A stretch of 64,000 nucleotides of DNA, from NCBI GenBank assembly GCA_963705305.1, contig OY970067.1:1600001-1664000 (forward strand). Reading direction: 5' to 3'. The position numbers and the translations under genes were made by a program. Positions 19,115 to 29,540 of the stretch are shown here, one piece after another. The DNA comes from an uncultured Methylomirabilota bacterium. GTDB lineage: Bacteria > Methylomirabilota > Methylomirabilia > Methylomirabilales > 2-02-FULL-66-22. How positions within the stretch are numbered: position 1 is the stretch's first letter; every line of letters begins with the position of its first letter. The notes beneath the pieces are model-generated. The model saw only the letters and a list, made by a program, of their open reading frames with translations, was not told the origin of the DNA and made no database searches.

Positions 19115-19495
19115 ATGACGAGGTACATGATGATGCTGCTCGGGGTGCTGCTCGCCGGCGCCCTGCTCACCCCCGCGTCCCCGGCCTGGGCCGGCCCGGA
19201 GAAAGACCCGAAGTTTCAGAAGAACCACCCGCGCCAGACGCAGGTGCTGAACCGCGTGGATCGGGAGCGGAACCGCGTCAACACTCTCTACAAGCAGGGG
19301 AAGATCACCGCCCAACAGCGGAACCAGCTGCGGGGACAGATCCGCAGCGAGCGCAAGGAAGACTACACGGACGCCCGGGCCAACAGCAAGAGTGGCACGG
19401 TCCGCAGCGGCTACATCACCCGGGGGCAGCAGGGCGGGATGAACCAGCAGGAGAATCAGATCAGCCGCGAGATCCGGCAAGACGCCGGCAAGTAG
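19115..19495 (+). CDS. Small secreted helical protein
   Basis: Signal peptide ending AWA; Q/R/N-rich with two ITxxQ repeats; GAGGAG RBS. Confidence 0.8.
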   Translation: MTRYMMMLLGVLLAGALLTPASPAWAGPEKDPKFQKNHPRQTQVLNRVDRERNRVNTLYKQGKITAQQRNQLRGQIRSERKEDYTDARANSKSGTVRSGYITRGQQGGMNQQENQISREIRQDAGK

Positions 19496-19681
19496 CCTGG
19501 GGCCGCCCCCCGCCCCCTACCACCCGGGGCGGGGAGAGTGGGTTATAATGAGGACGGAGTTGAGGGCGCAACAGATTAGCTGTCCTCCGCCTTGTCCCGA
19601 AGTCCCCGAGCGACTGAGAACTCCAGCGCCTGCCAGCTGCTCGACCGGCGCGCGGCCACTCGGTTCAGCCCCTGGCGTGGG

Positions 19682-21472
19682 ATGGATTCTGCGTTGGCTC
19701 CTGCAGAGGGATCCGTGAAGCGCTTGGGTCGGTACGAACTCCTGGAAGAGCTGGGCCGCGGGGCCATGGGGATCGTGTACAAGGCCCACGACCCGCAGAT
19801 CGACCGGCTTGTCGCCGTGAAGGTCTTGGCGGCGGCCGAGGGGCCTCAGGCGGATGAGACTCGGCAGCGACGGACTCGCTTCCAACGCGAGGCGCGAGCG
19901 GCCGGGCGTCTGGCCCACCCCAACATCGTCGCAATATACGATGTCGGCGAGGAACAAGGTCAAGACTTTCTGGTCATGGAGCTATTCCAGGGCGAGACCT
20001 TGGAGCAGCGTCTCCGACAGCGCCGGACGCTTCCCCTGGAGGAAGCGCTGCCTATCCTGGACCAGGTCGCAGCGGCCCTGGACTATGCCCACGACCATGG
20101 GATCATCCACCGCGATGTGAAGCCGGCCAACATCCTGCTCACCTCCGAGGGAGCCGCCAAGGTGGCCGATTTCGGAATCGCGATGATGACGGGAGGATCG
20201 CTCACCCGGACGGGGCACATCCTGGGGACCCCCAGCTATATGTCCCCGGAGCAGATCGCCGGACTCGCCGTGAGCGGTCGCTCGGACATCTTTTCCTTGG
20301 GGGCGGTTCTGTACGAGATGCTGAGCGGCGACCGGGCCTTTCCGGGGGAGACGATCAGCAGCGTCATCTACCGTATCGTCCATGAGGACCCGATCCCCCT
20401 GCGCCGCCTGAGCCCCGCCTTCCCGGAAGGTGTGGACGATTGCTTGCGGAAGGCCTTGGCCAAGGATCCGGCCGCGCGCTACCCGCGGGCCTGCGACATG
20501 TCGGTTGCCCTACGGGCCATTGCGTCGGGCCGACGCTCCGCACCCGGTCCCGCAACGACCGTCCGGACGCCCGCCGTAACACCCAGGAGGGCTGCTTCTC
20601 CTCCGCCCGGCCCGCGTCAGCGATCTCGGGCCTGGATCGGTCTCGTGGCTTTGGGGGGCTTGGCCCTGCTCCTTGGGGTCTGGATCAGCCATGGAGCGCG
20701 GCCTCATCCCCCGGTCCCGTCAACGCCGCCAGCCGCTACGGAGGCCACGCCGCCGAATGTGGAGCCGCGGCAGGATGCCGAGGTCGATCGTCTCGAGACC
20801 AAGCGAAGGCAGATGGCTGAAGAGCAGGAACGGCTGGAGAAAGAGCGGGCGGCGCTCGAGGCCAACGAGAAATCGCTCGAGCAGACGAAGCAGGGTGCGG
20901 CTCCCGCGCGCCAGCAGCCCGCAGAGGAACCGAGGCCCGCCGCGCCGGGGGTGATTCGTCGGTTCGATTTCGCCGGAAACACGATGGTCCCCTCGCCAGA
21001 ACTGGATGCCCTGCTGGCTGGGATGGTGGGAAGCCCTGGGACGTCGGAGCAGCTCCAGGCGGCCGTCAACCTCGTAACGGAGCACTACCGCTCGCACGGC
21101 TACTTCCTGGCGCTGGCGCGCCCGCTCTCATCGGAGGTCCAGGATGGGGTCGCAACTATCCAAGTGGAGGAGGGCCGGATCGGGAGGCTGCGAGTGGGGC
21201 CGGCCCTCCGACCGGATGCCGACCTGATCAGAACAGCATTCGCCCCCGCCATGCGACAGGGGATTGTGGAACGCGCGGTCCTCGGGGCGGCCATCCGTAC
21301 CCTGGCCCTCCAGTATGGGGTCACCGTCGGCCTCCGCATCCAGACGGGGGACACCCCCGGAACCTTCGACCTGCTGGTGCATCGCAGCCGGTCAGGGCAG
21401 ATGGAGATCGAGCTTCCCGGCGACTCCCTCGGCGGCCCCCGCCGCATGCAATTCCCCCTGGGGGGCGGCTAG
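19682..21472 (+). CDS. Hanks-type Ser/Thr kinase with TM helix, coiled coil and C-terminal ShlB/FhaC-type POTRA domains
   Basis: LGRGAMG, VAVK, HRDVKPAN, DFG, GTPSYMSPEQ; TM WIGLVALGGLALLLGVWI; FAGNTMVPSPELDALL..YRSHGY..IQVEEGRI; alternative GTG start 19715. Confidence 0.9.
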   Translation: MDSALAPAEGSVKRLGRYELLEELGRGAMGIVYKAHDPQIDRLVAVKVLAAAEGPQADETRQRRTRFQREARAAGRLAHPNIVAIYDVGEEQGQDFLVMELFQGETLEQRLRQRRTLPLEEALPILDQVAAALDYAHDHGIIHRDVKPANILLTSEGAAKVADFGIAMMTGGSLTRTGHILGTPSYMSPEQIAGLAVSGRSDIFSLGAVLYEMLSGDRAFPGETISSVIYRIVHEDPIPLRRLSPAFPEGVDDCLRKALAKDPAARYPRACDMSVALRAIASGRRSAPGPATTVRTPAVTPRRAASPPPGPRQRSRAWIGLVALGGLALLLGVWISHGARPHPPVPSTPPAATEATPPNVEPRQDAEVDRLETKRRQMAEEQERLEKERAALEANEKSLEQTKQGAAPARQQPAEEPRPAAPGVIRRFDFAGNTMVPSPELDALLAGMVGSPGTSEQLQAAVNLVTEHYRSHGYFLALARPLSSEVQDGVATIQVEEGRIGRLRVGPALRPDADLIRTAFAPAMRQGIVERAVLGAAIRTLALQYGVTVGLRIQTGDTPGTFDLLVHRSRSGQMEIELPGDSLGGPRRMQFPLGGG

Positions 21473-21597
21473 CCCTCTGTCCCAAGTCTTCCGCTCCCGG
21501 CGGCCGAATTTCCGACCGGGTCCGGCCTCCCGCCCCCGCAGCACGGGCGCCTCCCACGCGCATTCCGCAGCCGCGCCCCGTATTGACGTTGGGAACC

Positions 21598-21643
21598 GGT
21601 TTGAACTCACATTGGGGGTAGACCGATCAGTGGGGGCGGGCCA
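21598..21643 (+). repeat. Solo IS3-family-like terminal sequence, copy 1 of 3
   Basis: 46-bp motif GGTTTGAACT..GGGGGCRGGCCR, also at 35551 and 40700 (minus). Confidence 0.6.
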
Positions 21644-21667
21644 CGTCTCGGCAAGGCCCACTACATA

Positions 21668-22841
21668 CTAGTCTACCGTGTCACACAGATGCCATCTTAT
21701 GCAGCACTGCTCGAGCCCGCTCGACTTTCGCCAGGATGTCCTCCACCTTGGCCGTCCAGGTGAACGACCGGGGGTGGCGGTTGTGGTGTGCGATGAAGGC
21801 CTCAATGGCGGCGATGAGGTCGGCGACGCTCTTGAAGACGCCCCGGCGGAGCCGCTTGGTCGTGAGCTCCCGGAACCACCGCTCGATGAGATTCAACCAC
21901 GAGCTGCTGGTCGGAATGAAGTGCATGTGGAAGCGTGGGTGGCGGGCGAGCCAGCGCTGGACCGCAGGGTGTTTATGGGTGGCGTAGTTGTCCACGATCA
22001 GGTGGAGGTCCAGGTCGGGCGGGGTCTGCGCGTCGATCAGCCGGAGGAACCGGAGCCACTCCTGGTGCCGATGCTTGGGCAGGCACGTGCCGATGAGCTG
22101 GCCCGTCACGAGCCCCAGGGCGGCGAAGAGCGTGGTCGTGCCGTTCCGCTTGTAGTCGTGGGTCAGGGTGCCGCACCGGCCCTTCTTCAGCGGGAGGCCG
22201 GGTTGGGTGCGGTCGAGCGCTTGGATCTGGCTCTTCTCGTCGGCGCACAGCACCAACGCGTGCTCAGGGGGATTCAGGTACAGCCCCACCACATCGGTCA
22301 GCTTCTCGAGGAACCGCCGGTCGCGGCTCACCTTGAACGGGCGGACCCGATGCGGCTTCAGGCCGTGGGCCTGCCAGACCCGGTGCACGGTCTTCGGGCT
22401 CACGCCGACCGCGGCCGCCAGGGTCCGCGTGCTCCAGTGGGTGGCGGCGGGCGGCGCGCTGGTTGTCGTCAGGGTGACGATGCGCTGCAGGACCGCCGGG
22501 GCGATGGCGGGCGTCCGGCCGGGGCGCGGGGCATCCCGCTCGATCCCGGCCAGCCGCTGCTGGGCGAAGCGAGTCCGCCACCGACCCACACACTCGCGAT
22601 CCGTGTCCAGGGCCCGGGCGACCTCGTCGTTCCGCTGCCCCGCCGCCGCGCGCAGGACGATCTGCGCCCGGCGCACGAGGCGCGCGGGGGTGCGCCGCCC
22701 CCGTGCCCAGCGTTCCAAGATGGTGCGTTCCTGCGGGCTCAGCACAATCGGCACCGCCACACGCATGGCTTGCTCCTCCTCACCGAGGAGCATACCAGAG
22801 TACGTACTATAAGTCACCGTATTTATGACACACTAGACTAG
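21668..22841 (-). mobile_element. IS630-family insertion sequence
   Basis: Inverted ends CTAGTCTAccGTGTCA / CTAGTCTAgtGTGTCA, including the CTAG (TA) target at both sides. Confidence 0.9.
21681..22766 (-). CDS. IS630-family transposase
   Basis: [41 protein letters not shown]. Confidence 0.95.
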   Translation of the reverse strand: MRVAVPIVLSPQERTILERWARGRRTPARLVRRAQIVLRAAAGQRNDEVARALDTDRECVGRWRTRFAQQRLAGIERDAPRPGRTPAIAPAVLQRIVTLTTTSAPPAATHWSTRTLAAAVGVSPKTVHRVWQAHGLKPHRVRPFKVSRDRRFLEKLTDVVGLYLNPPEHALVLCADEKSQIQALDRTQPGLPLKKGRCGTLTHDYKRNGTTTLFAALGLVTGQLIGTCLPKHRHQEWLRFLRLIDAQTPPDLDLHLIVDNYATHKHPAVQRWLARHPRFHMHFIPTSSSWLNLIERWFRELTTKRLRRGVFKSVADLIAAIEAFIAHHNRHPRSFTWTAKVEDILAKVERARAVLHKMASV

Positions 22842-23198
22842 CTCGCCTTTACATCGATGGTGAAAGCGGCGAGGCGGCTCGCAAAGAGACGCCAAAGACT
22901 GGACCATTACGGAGCAACCCGCGCTATTGTGCGATAGGCGCGGCCGGTCTTCCATATGGTCTTTTGCATATGGAAGGGAGCCTGCAAGGGATAGGAAGGG
23001 GGGAATTCTCGAAACGAGCAGAAAGAAGCGCGGCAACTGCAGTAACCAACTGCGACGGGCTGAAAGCCACTTCAGCCCGTCGCAGCATTGTCTCAAGCCT
23101 GATGTCAACGGCCGGCCATTGAGAGCCACTCAGGGTCACCCCATGGTGAGCCAGCGAAGGACGTAGCCGGGTCCCTCGCAAGTGGGTTGTCCGGACCT

Positions 23199-23992
23199 TT
23201 ACGCTGGGCGTGCCTCCTGCTTCGGTGACGGCTTACTGCGCCGCTGGGCCGCGAGCTGCTGCTTGGTCTGCTCGGCCCGGTAGCTGGCCCCCGTGATCTC
23301 CACGAAGTGGGCCCGGTGGGTCAGCCGATCCAAGGCCGCGGAGGCCAGGAGCGGCTCGCCGAAGATCTCCGGCCACTCGCTCACGGCCCGGTTGCTCGTG
23401 AGCACGATGGACGCGCGCTCGTACCGCTCGTGGATGATGTCGTAGAGGTCCTCGGGGCCGGGGGCCCGGAGGGCCTTCAGCCCGAAGTCATCCAGGACGA
23501 GCACATCGGGCCGCAGGTACTTGGCCAGCCGGTGGGCGAGCGTGCCGTCGGCCCGGCCGCCGGCCAGGGGGCCAGCAGCTTCCCGGTGGACACGAAGAGG
23601 ACCTCGTACCCGCGGCGGCACGCCTCGTGCGCCAGGGCTTGCGACAGGTGGCTCTTGCCCACGCCGGTCGGGCCGTAGATCAACACGTTCTCGTGCCGTG
23701 CGACGAACTGGCAGGTGGCGAGGTCGAAGACCTGGGCCTTGTTCAACTTTGGGTTGAAGCCGAAGTCGAAGCCCTCGAGCGTCTTGCCAGGATCGAAGGC
23801 CGCGCGGCGGAGGCGGAGCCGGAGGGCGGACTGGGCCCGCCGCTCCACCTCGTCGTGCAGGAGCAGGGTCAGGAACTCGACGAACGAGGCGCGGCTCTCG
23901 ATCGCCTGGTGGTTGCGCACCTCCAGGGTCTCCAGGATCCCGGAGAGCCGGAGCGTGCGGAGCATCGGGGTGAGCTGGTGCGTCAGTTCCAT
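23199..23992 (-). CDS. istB: IS21 helper ATPase IstB, frameshifted near 23570 (C5 run; possibly a sequencing error)
   Basis: LRLSGI, KTLEGFDF, GPTGVGKS, LVLDDFG, TSNR, LDRLTH. Confidence 0.85.
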
Positions 23993-25558
23993 GGGGGACC
24001 TCCTTCGCCACCGGGGTCGGGGAAGAAGTCGGTCCAGGGGCGCGCATGCCGCGGGGGCGGTGCGGCAGGGGGCGGCGGAGGCGCCAGCCCCAACTCGAGC
24101 AGCGGCTGCCGATCGAGGCCCGCGGCCAGGATGGTCTTCACCGTGGCATACCGGATCTCGCCGACCGCGAGCGCCCGGGCACAGGCGGCCTCGAGGCGCG
24201 CCGCGCCGTAGCGCGGCGCCAACCGGAGAACGCCCTGGGCGGTCCGCAGCCGATCGAGGGGCCGCTCCCCCAGCAGGGCGGCGATGAACGCGGCGCAGGT
24301 CGGGCCGATGTCGGCGGCCCGCTGCTGGCACCAGAGCGGCGTCTGCAGCAGGAAGTGGACCTTGTCCGGGGGGAGGTGGTCGTGGAGTGTGCGCCGCTGC
24401 CCGGGGCGGGCCGCGAGGTGCGTGGCGACCAGGGCGTGCTCGTGGAAGAGCTGCACCTGGGTGGCCGTGGCCCGCACCCAGAGCCGCTGCCCGATCAGGC
24501 GGAAGGGCGCCGAGTAGTAGTAGGCGCCAGCGAAGACGACGTGGCAGTCGGGGTGCAGCTTCGCCTGCTTCCAGGTCACCGGCGCCCACGGGGTCGCCGG
24601 GAGCGGGAGGAGCGCGGCCCGCTCGACCGTCTCGAAGGCCACCAGGGGCTGCTGCTTGATCGTGCCGTGGCGGCGCCTCCCGGCGGTCTCCAGGCACCAG
24701 CGGAGGCCGTGCTGGTTCGCGTGGTGGAGGTCGCGGAAGGCCCGGCCGGCGAGGCAATTGCGCTTCACGTAGTGGACGCCCCCCTGCTCGACCTTGCCCT
24801 TGTGCTCGGGGGTCCGCACCCGACAGGGCGCGATGAGGAAGCCGTAGTGCTCGGCGCACTCTCGGTAGACGCGCTGGACCTCCGGGTCGTAGAGGGCCGC
24901 GTGGACGATGGCGGCCTTCAGGTTATCGAGCACCACCCGGCGCGTCACCCCCTGGAACCACTCGAAGGCGGCGCGGTGGCAGCGGCACCAGGTGGTCACG
25001 GTCTGGTCGAAGACGAACTCCACGGACCTGGTGGCGGCTGAAGGCCAACGTCATCACGAACGCCCAGGCGCGGCGGAGGCGGCCCTGGTCGGGATCGAAG
25101 AACTGGCCCGCCGCGCCGAAGTCGACCTGCGCTTCCTCCCCCGGGGGCGTCTCCACCCGGACCGTGGCCCGCGGGGTCGGCGGCTCCAGGCGGCGGAGGA
25201 AGCGCTTCACGGCGGAGTAGCTCCCGGTGAAGCCATGCTGTTCGACGAGGAGCTGGAAGATCGCCTGGCCCTCCACACCCTGCTGGCGCCACGCCACCAC
25301 CTGCGCGCGGAACGGGGCCACGCCGGACTGCTCGAGCCGGGGCTGGGCGCGCTCCGGCGGGTGGAGCAGCGTGGCCAGCGCGGCCGCGTCGGGCAGTTCG
25401 CCGGTGAGCAGGCCGTGCTGCCGCGCCCAGCGGTGGTAGCCGGCCACGGTGTTCCGACTGAGCCCGAGTTCGCGGGCGATCCGGCGGGCCGGCTCTCCGA
25501 GGCGGAGCCGGCGGAGCACTTCGCGTACATCGGTCACCTCGCACCTCCGTCCAGCCAT
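23983..25558 (-). CDS. istA: IS21 transposase IstA, frameshifted near 25025
   Basis: IARELGLSRNTV, ETPPGEEAQVDFG, DNLKAA, PEHKGKVE. Confidence 0.85.
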
Positions 25559-25636
25559 GGGGCACCTCCGGGTTGGGGTTCCCGGAGAGCAAGCCCCCAT
25601 GTGGCTGCGAAGCGCAAGGGACCCGGCGGCCTGCTG

Positions 25637-25770
25637 GGGTGGCTCAGTATCAGGCGACCCGAGGTGGCTCAGTATGCCCGACCCTGGGTGGCTCAGAATG
25701 GGTGACCCTGCTGGCTCAGGTTGGGCGACCCTGGGTGGCTCAGTATCCCCGACCCCGGTGGCTCAGTATA
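25637..25770. repeat. Six subterminal repeats of IS21 (GGCTCAG core, 23-25 bp period)
   Basis: Cores at 25641, 25666, 25690, 25713, 25737 and 25760. Confidence 0.85.
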
Positions 25771-25970
25771 GGGTGGCCGCTGACATTTTGCGATATCAAG
25801 GCCGTAAATCCTTGATTTGGGGGACGTTGCTTCCTTATTATCCTTATTTTCTACTGGGGCCAGGCCCTGATAATTTCCCGGACGGCGACCGCCCCGGGAT
25901 CTTGAGGTGCCAAAATGGAACCTCAAGTCTTCAAACACTCACCGAACTAGAGCCCAGAGAAAGCTCAGAG

Positions 25971-26074
25971 CCTCACGCCAAGATCGCTAAGCTCGCCAAG
26001 AAGAACGATCTTCTGTTTCGGACTTCGAACCTACCCCCTGCTCTACTTTGCGACCTTTGCGGCTTTGCGTGAGG
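25971..26074. repeat. REP/MITE-like inverted repeat CCTCACGCCAAG(..GCxAAG)n; second copy at 29119-29183
   Basis: CCTCACGCCAAGATCGCTAAGCTCGCCAAG pairs with CTTTGCGACCTTTGCGGCTTTGCGTGAGG. Confidence 0.7.
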
Positions 26075-26357
26075 CACGTCTTCTCGAGTCCGGCCGTGTA
26101 GATTGCAAAAAACCGAATGTTTTATAGCACCAATCTTCGGTCTCGGTCAAGGCCGACGCTCCCCCAGCCACTCGCCCCTTCCCACAGCTATTCCAGGCCT
26201 CCTCTCCCCCTCCCGGCCCCCGCACTCGCTCTCTGGGGGTTGCTTCTTTATTCTGCTTGCTCCCTTGGGCCACCGCTGTCACAATCGAGGTGACATATGT
26301 GTACACGATATGGTACACATGTGGTTCAAGCATAGCCCAGCGCGGGAGGGCCGAACG

Positions 26358-26651
26358 ATGAAGTTCGTCACGATTCGCGAGCTGCGGAGCAAGACCGCCT
26401 CGATTCGCAAGGACCTCGACCAGGACCGGGAGATCGTGCTCACGGCCAACGGCCGCCCCTTCGCGGTGGTCAGCCGCATCGAACCCGATGCCGTGGAAGA
26501 AGAGCTGCAGGCGATCCGTCGGGCCCGGGCCAAGGTCGCCGTGGAGCGCCTTCGCGCCCACGCCAAGGCGACAGGGCTCAATCGGCTGACCCTGGGCGAG
26601 ATTGACGCGTTAATCGCCGAGGCCCGCCGGCAGCGCCGAGCGAGCCGGTGA
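26358..26651 (+). CDS. Phd/YefM-family antitoxin
   Basis: MKFVTIRELRSKT..EIVLTANGRPFAVV; GTGA overlap with the PIN gene. Confidence 0.88.
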   Translation: MKFVTIRELRSKTASIRKDLDQDREIVLTANGRPFAVVSRIEPDAVEEELQAIRRARAKVAVERLRAHAKATGLNRLTLGEIDALIAEARRQRRASR

Positions 26652-27064
26652 GACTCGTCCTCGACACCAACGTCCTTGTCGCCGCCCTCCTGACCCCGGC
26701 GGGTGCCTGCGGCCGCCTCCTCGATCTCATCCTGGATGGGGCCGCCGGCGTATGCCTCGATCCCCGAATCCTCCAGGAGTACGAGGACGTCCTCCGGCGT
26801 CCGCAGCTTTTCCCGCCGTCCGACGCCGTGGAGGTCGTCCTGGATTTCTTCCGGAGCACCGCCGAATCCGTCGCCGCGCTGCCCCTCGGCGTGCGCCTTC
26901 CGGATCCCGACGACCTCCCCTTCCTCGAGGTCGCGGCCACCGCGGAGGCTGTCCTCGTCACCGACAATCTCCGCCACTTTCCGAAGAAGGCGTGCAAGCC
27001 CGTCCAGGTCGTGACCCCCCAGGAGTGCATTGGCCTTCTGCGCGGCCCCGCTCCGGATCTCTGA
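26648..27064 (+). CDS. PIN-domain toxin
   Basis: MRLVLDTNVLVAA, LQEY, DPDDLPFLEVA, LVTDN. Confidence 0.9.
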   Translation: MRLVLDTNVLVAALLTPAGACGRLLDLILDGAAGVCLDPRILQEYEDVLRRPQLFPPSDAVEVVLDFFRSTAESVAALPLGVRLPDPDDLPFLEVAATAEAVLVTDNLRHFPKKACKPVQVVTPQECIGLLRGPAPDL

Positions 27065-27163
27065 CCAGGGGGACGTTGCTTCTTTATTCTCCTTGCTCCT
27101 CGCACTGCATCGGGGAGGCCCGGAGGGAGGTGCACCGCTGCGCCCGGGTGCGGGGGAGCTGAG

Positions 27164-27240
27164 CCCTTCGGCAGGCCCTTCGACTGGCTCAGGGCGCCGA
27201 GCAGAGTCGAACCGCTCAGGGTCGCGAGCGAGGTCGAGGG
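27164..27240. repeat. REP-like palindromic element (CCCTTCGAC..CTCAGGG..GTCGA)
   Basis: Two partial units lying between convergent toxin genes. Confidence 0.55.
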
Positions 27241-27290
27241 GGTGAGGGGGAGACGCGGAGCAGAGGGAATGCAACGCGGCCTGGCGACTC

Positions 27291-27698
27291 CTACGGCTGA
27301 GAGACCCAGTTCTCCACACGAAGGCCGGGGATCTGCCGGAACTCCCGCTCGTTATTGGTGACGAGGCGCACCCCCAGGCTCAGAGCATGAGCCGCGATCA
27401 GCAGGTCCATCGCACCGATGGGGCGGCCGCGCTTCTCGAGTCCGGCCCGCACCTTGCCATAGGCCATGGTCGCCGGGCGGTCGAACGCGGCCACCTCCAG
27501 CGGGGAGAGGAACTGCTCCAGGGCCGCCTGGTTCTGCTTTGGCCGGGTGCTCTTGCTGACGCCGTACTGCAACTCCGCCAGTGTGATGACTGAGAGGCCG
27601 ACGTCCCCGACAGGGAACCGGCGAAAGCGCTCCAGGAGGGCGTCGGGCCGCTGCCGGATGAGGTAGATGCAGATGTTGGTGTCCAGCATGATCTTCAC
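27291..27698 (-). CDS. vapC: VapC PIN toxin
   Basis: MLDTNICIY, AELQYG, IGAMDLLIAAHA, LVTNNEREF. Confidence 0.93.
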   Translation of the reverse strand: MKIMLDTNICIYLIRQRPDALLERFRRFPVGDVGLSVITLAELQYGVSKSTRPKQNQAALEQFLSPLEVAAFDRPATMAYGKVRAGLEKRGRPIGAMDLLIAAHALSLGVRLVTNNEREFRQIPGLRVENWVSQP

Positions 27699-27931
27699 GA
27701 GAACGCCCTGCCCCTGGGCTGGACGGGCGGCTGCTCCCGGCCGTCCCGCATGAAGTCGCCGCTGAACATACGCAGGCTCTCGCCGAAGGCATCCCAGGAT
27801 CGCTTCGTCGGGCGGAGGAGCAACAGCTCTCCCTTGCGCTCGATCTCGACCTCCCCGCCCTGGAGCTGAAACTCCTTGGGGATCCGCACCGCCTGGCTGT
27901 TGCCGCTGCGAAAGATCTTCGCTGTCTTCAT
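27695..27931 (-). CDS. vapB: VapB (AbrB/MazE-type) antitoxin
   Basis: MKTAKIFRSGNSQAVRIPKEF; ATATACGGAA direct repeat upstream (27951, 27963). Confidence 0.93.
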   Translation of the reverse strand: MKTAKIFRSGNSQAVRIPKEFQLQGGEVEIERKGELLLLRPTKRSWDAFGESLRMFSGDFMRDGREQPPVQPRGRAFS

Positions 27932-28142
27932 GGCCGCGCCCTCCCGATGTATATACGGAAGGATATACGGAACGGCCCGGCCTGTCAACCGGTGCCCGCG
28001 CGAGAGGAACGCCGAGGGGCACGGGCGAAGAGGAGCAGAGGCGCGGAGGCGAATGGGAGAACCGGGGAGCCGGGGAACCGGAGAAATGGGGAAAAGAACG
28101 CAAAGGCACTGGGAGCGATGGAACGGAAATAAACATTCTACT

Positions 28143-28565
28143 TCATGCGACGTCCTCAACCCACGACAGAGAGGGTGCGAGCGGCCCCCGCCTCAGGGCG
28201 CCGTGAAGGCGCCGGTCGGCGGTCACGAAGCGGCAACGCCTGCTCATCGCCAGGGCCAGATAGAGGCTGTCATAGACGCTTCGGTTGGCCAGCGAGGCGA
28301 TATCCAGAGCGGCGCTGACAAGCAAGATGGAGGGAACGGTGCTGACGGGAAAGCGCTTGAAGTCGCGAAGAAGATCACGGGCCTCCTCTGCATCTATCTC
28401 GTGCGCTCGACACTTCTTCCAGAGCACATTCCCGAGTTCGGCCCACAAAAGGTCGGGGGCGAGCAACTGGTTCTCTTCCGTGAGGACGCGTCGCGCGGCG
28501 CTGCTGTGCACTTCCGGCAGGAGCCACTTGACCACGACGCTGGCGTCGACCACAAGGGGCGTCAC
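28143..28565 (-). CDS. VapC-like PIN toxin
   Basis: VVDASVVVKW, AELGNVLWK, SVYDSLYLALA, VTAD. Confidence 0.9.
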   Translation of the reverse strand: MTPLVVDASVVVKWLLPEVHSSAARRVLTEENQLLAPDLLWAELGNVLWKKCRAHEIDAEEARDLLRDFKRFPVSTVPSILLVSAALDIASLANRSVYDSLYLALAMSRRCRFVTADRRLHGALRRGPLAPSLSWVEDVA

Positions 28566-28792
28566 CGCGCACGATCCTTCCGGATGATGCGTGCGCTGTC
28601 ACTCAGCCGCCTTCGCGCCAGTCGTTGCTGCCACTTTTCGAGAAGTGTCGAGACCTCGCCAGCGGACAACGTTGCAGCCTCTTCCAGGACGATCTTGACC
28701 TCTCCCTGGAGCGACCGGCCGTGCCGCTTTGCCAGCGCCTTCAAGCGTGTGATGGTATCCTCATCCAGATTCCTGACCAAGAGCTGGGGCAT
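28562..28792 (-). CDS. FitA-like ribbon-helix-helix antitoxin
   Basis: MPQLLVRNLDE..LKALAKRHGRSLQGEVK..DSARIIRKDR. Confidence 0.88.
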   Translation of the reverse strand: MPQLLVRNLDEDTITRLKALAKRHGRSLQGEVKIVLEEAATLSAGEVSTLLEKWQQRLARRRLSDSARIIRKDRAR

Positions 28793-28818
28793 GTCCGTCT
28801 CCTCTCCTCCAGGCGAAT

Positions 28819-28835
28819 GCTATCATAATGATAGC
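28819..28835. promoter_or_regulatory. Palindromic autoregulatory operator of the FitA-like TA pair
   Basis: GCTATCAT-A-ATGATAGC, 27 nt upstream of the start. Confidence 0.65.
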
Positions 28836-29381
28836 CTAGGGAGGGCTGCCGGTGCAAGCCAGTTCGAGAGTTAGGGGACAATGCGCTATTCTCCTTACTC
28901 CGCGCGACGAATCGGAGAGGCCCAGGGGAGGCGCAGCGCTACGCTCGGGCGCGGGGGCGCAGCCTCCGGCCCGGCAGGGCCTACGGCCCGGAGGGGGGCG
29001 AAGAGGCGCGGAGACGAAAGAGCAAGAGGAGGCGACAAGGCGAGGGGGCGAGGGGGTAAGGGGGAGCTAGGACAATTCGAATTTCGAAGTTCGAGTTTCG
29101 AAATTGAAGAAGGCCTGTCTTGGCGATCTTGGCGTGAGAACATCGCCGGAGTTTTCCTCACGCCAAGGCGCAAAGATCGCAAGGGAAGACATAGTCAAAG
29201 TTCGGACCGGAAAGGCCGACGGGACGTGGCATCCGAAGTTGCACTATTGAGCGGATGGAGGTGTGGTCTCTTTTTGCTAGAACGAGACGACACGGCGGGC
29301 TGACAATTCCGGCAGGAAGGTCAGCGGCCATGGTTGGGAGCCCAATCCGGGGGACCGAAGCGGGAAAAGCCGATCCAAGAC

Positions 29382-29540
29382 CTACCGATACACTTCCCGC
29401 CGGTGCGCGATTCGGACGACTTCTACCAGCGGCACCTCCTCGAGGGCAAGGAGCCGCTGCCAGATCCGGCGCGCCACGGCGATGGGAAGCCGGTCCAGGT
29501 CGTGCTCCGCCCTCGGTTTGAGCCGAACGGCGTAGGCCAT
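29382..29540 (-). pseudogene. RelE/ParE-family toxin with an in-frame internal deletion (52 aa; below the ORF-track cutoff)
   Basis: MAYAVRLKPRAEHDLDRLP..RRIWQRLLALEE joined directly to VPLVEVVRIAHRREVYR; TGATG coupling to the upstream gene. Confidence 0.78.

Larger units (their letters stand above)
23103..25785 (-). mobile_element. IS21-family insertion sequence
   Basis: Ends TGTCAACGGCC / TGTCAGCGGCC; subterminal repeats; istA-istB pair; no target duplication seen. Confidence 0.9.
25819..28955 (+). repeat. Dispersed direct-repeat family GGGGAC-GTTGCTTCTTTATTCTCCTTGCTCC (4 copies)
   Basis: Copies start at 25819, 26235, 27068 and 28874; the last two stay similar for ~85 bp. Confidence 0.75.

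Noticed and set aside
25637..25770. Regularly spaced repeats resembling a mini-CRISPR
   Set aside because: Period is only 23-25 bp, the intervening sequence is itself similar, there are no cas genes, and it lies within the IS21 end.
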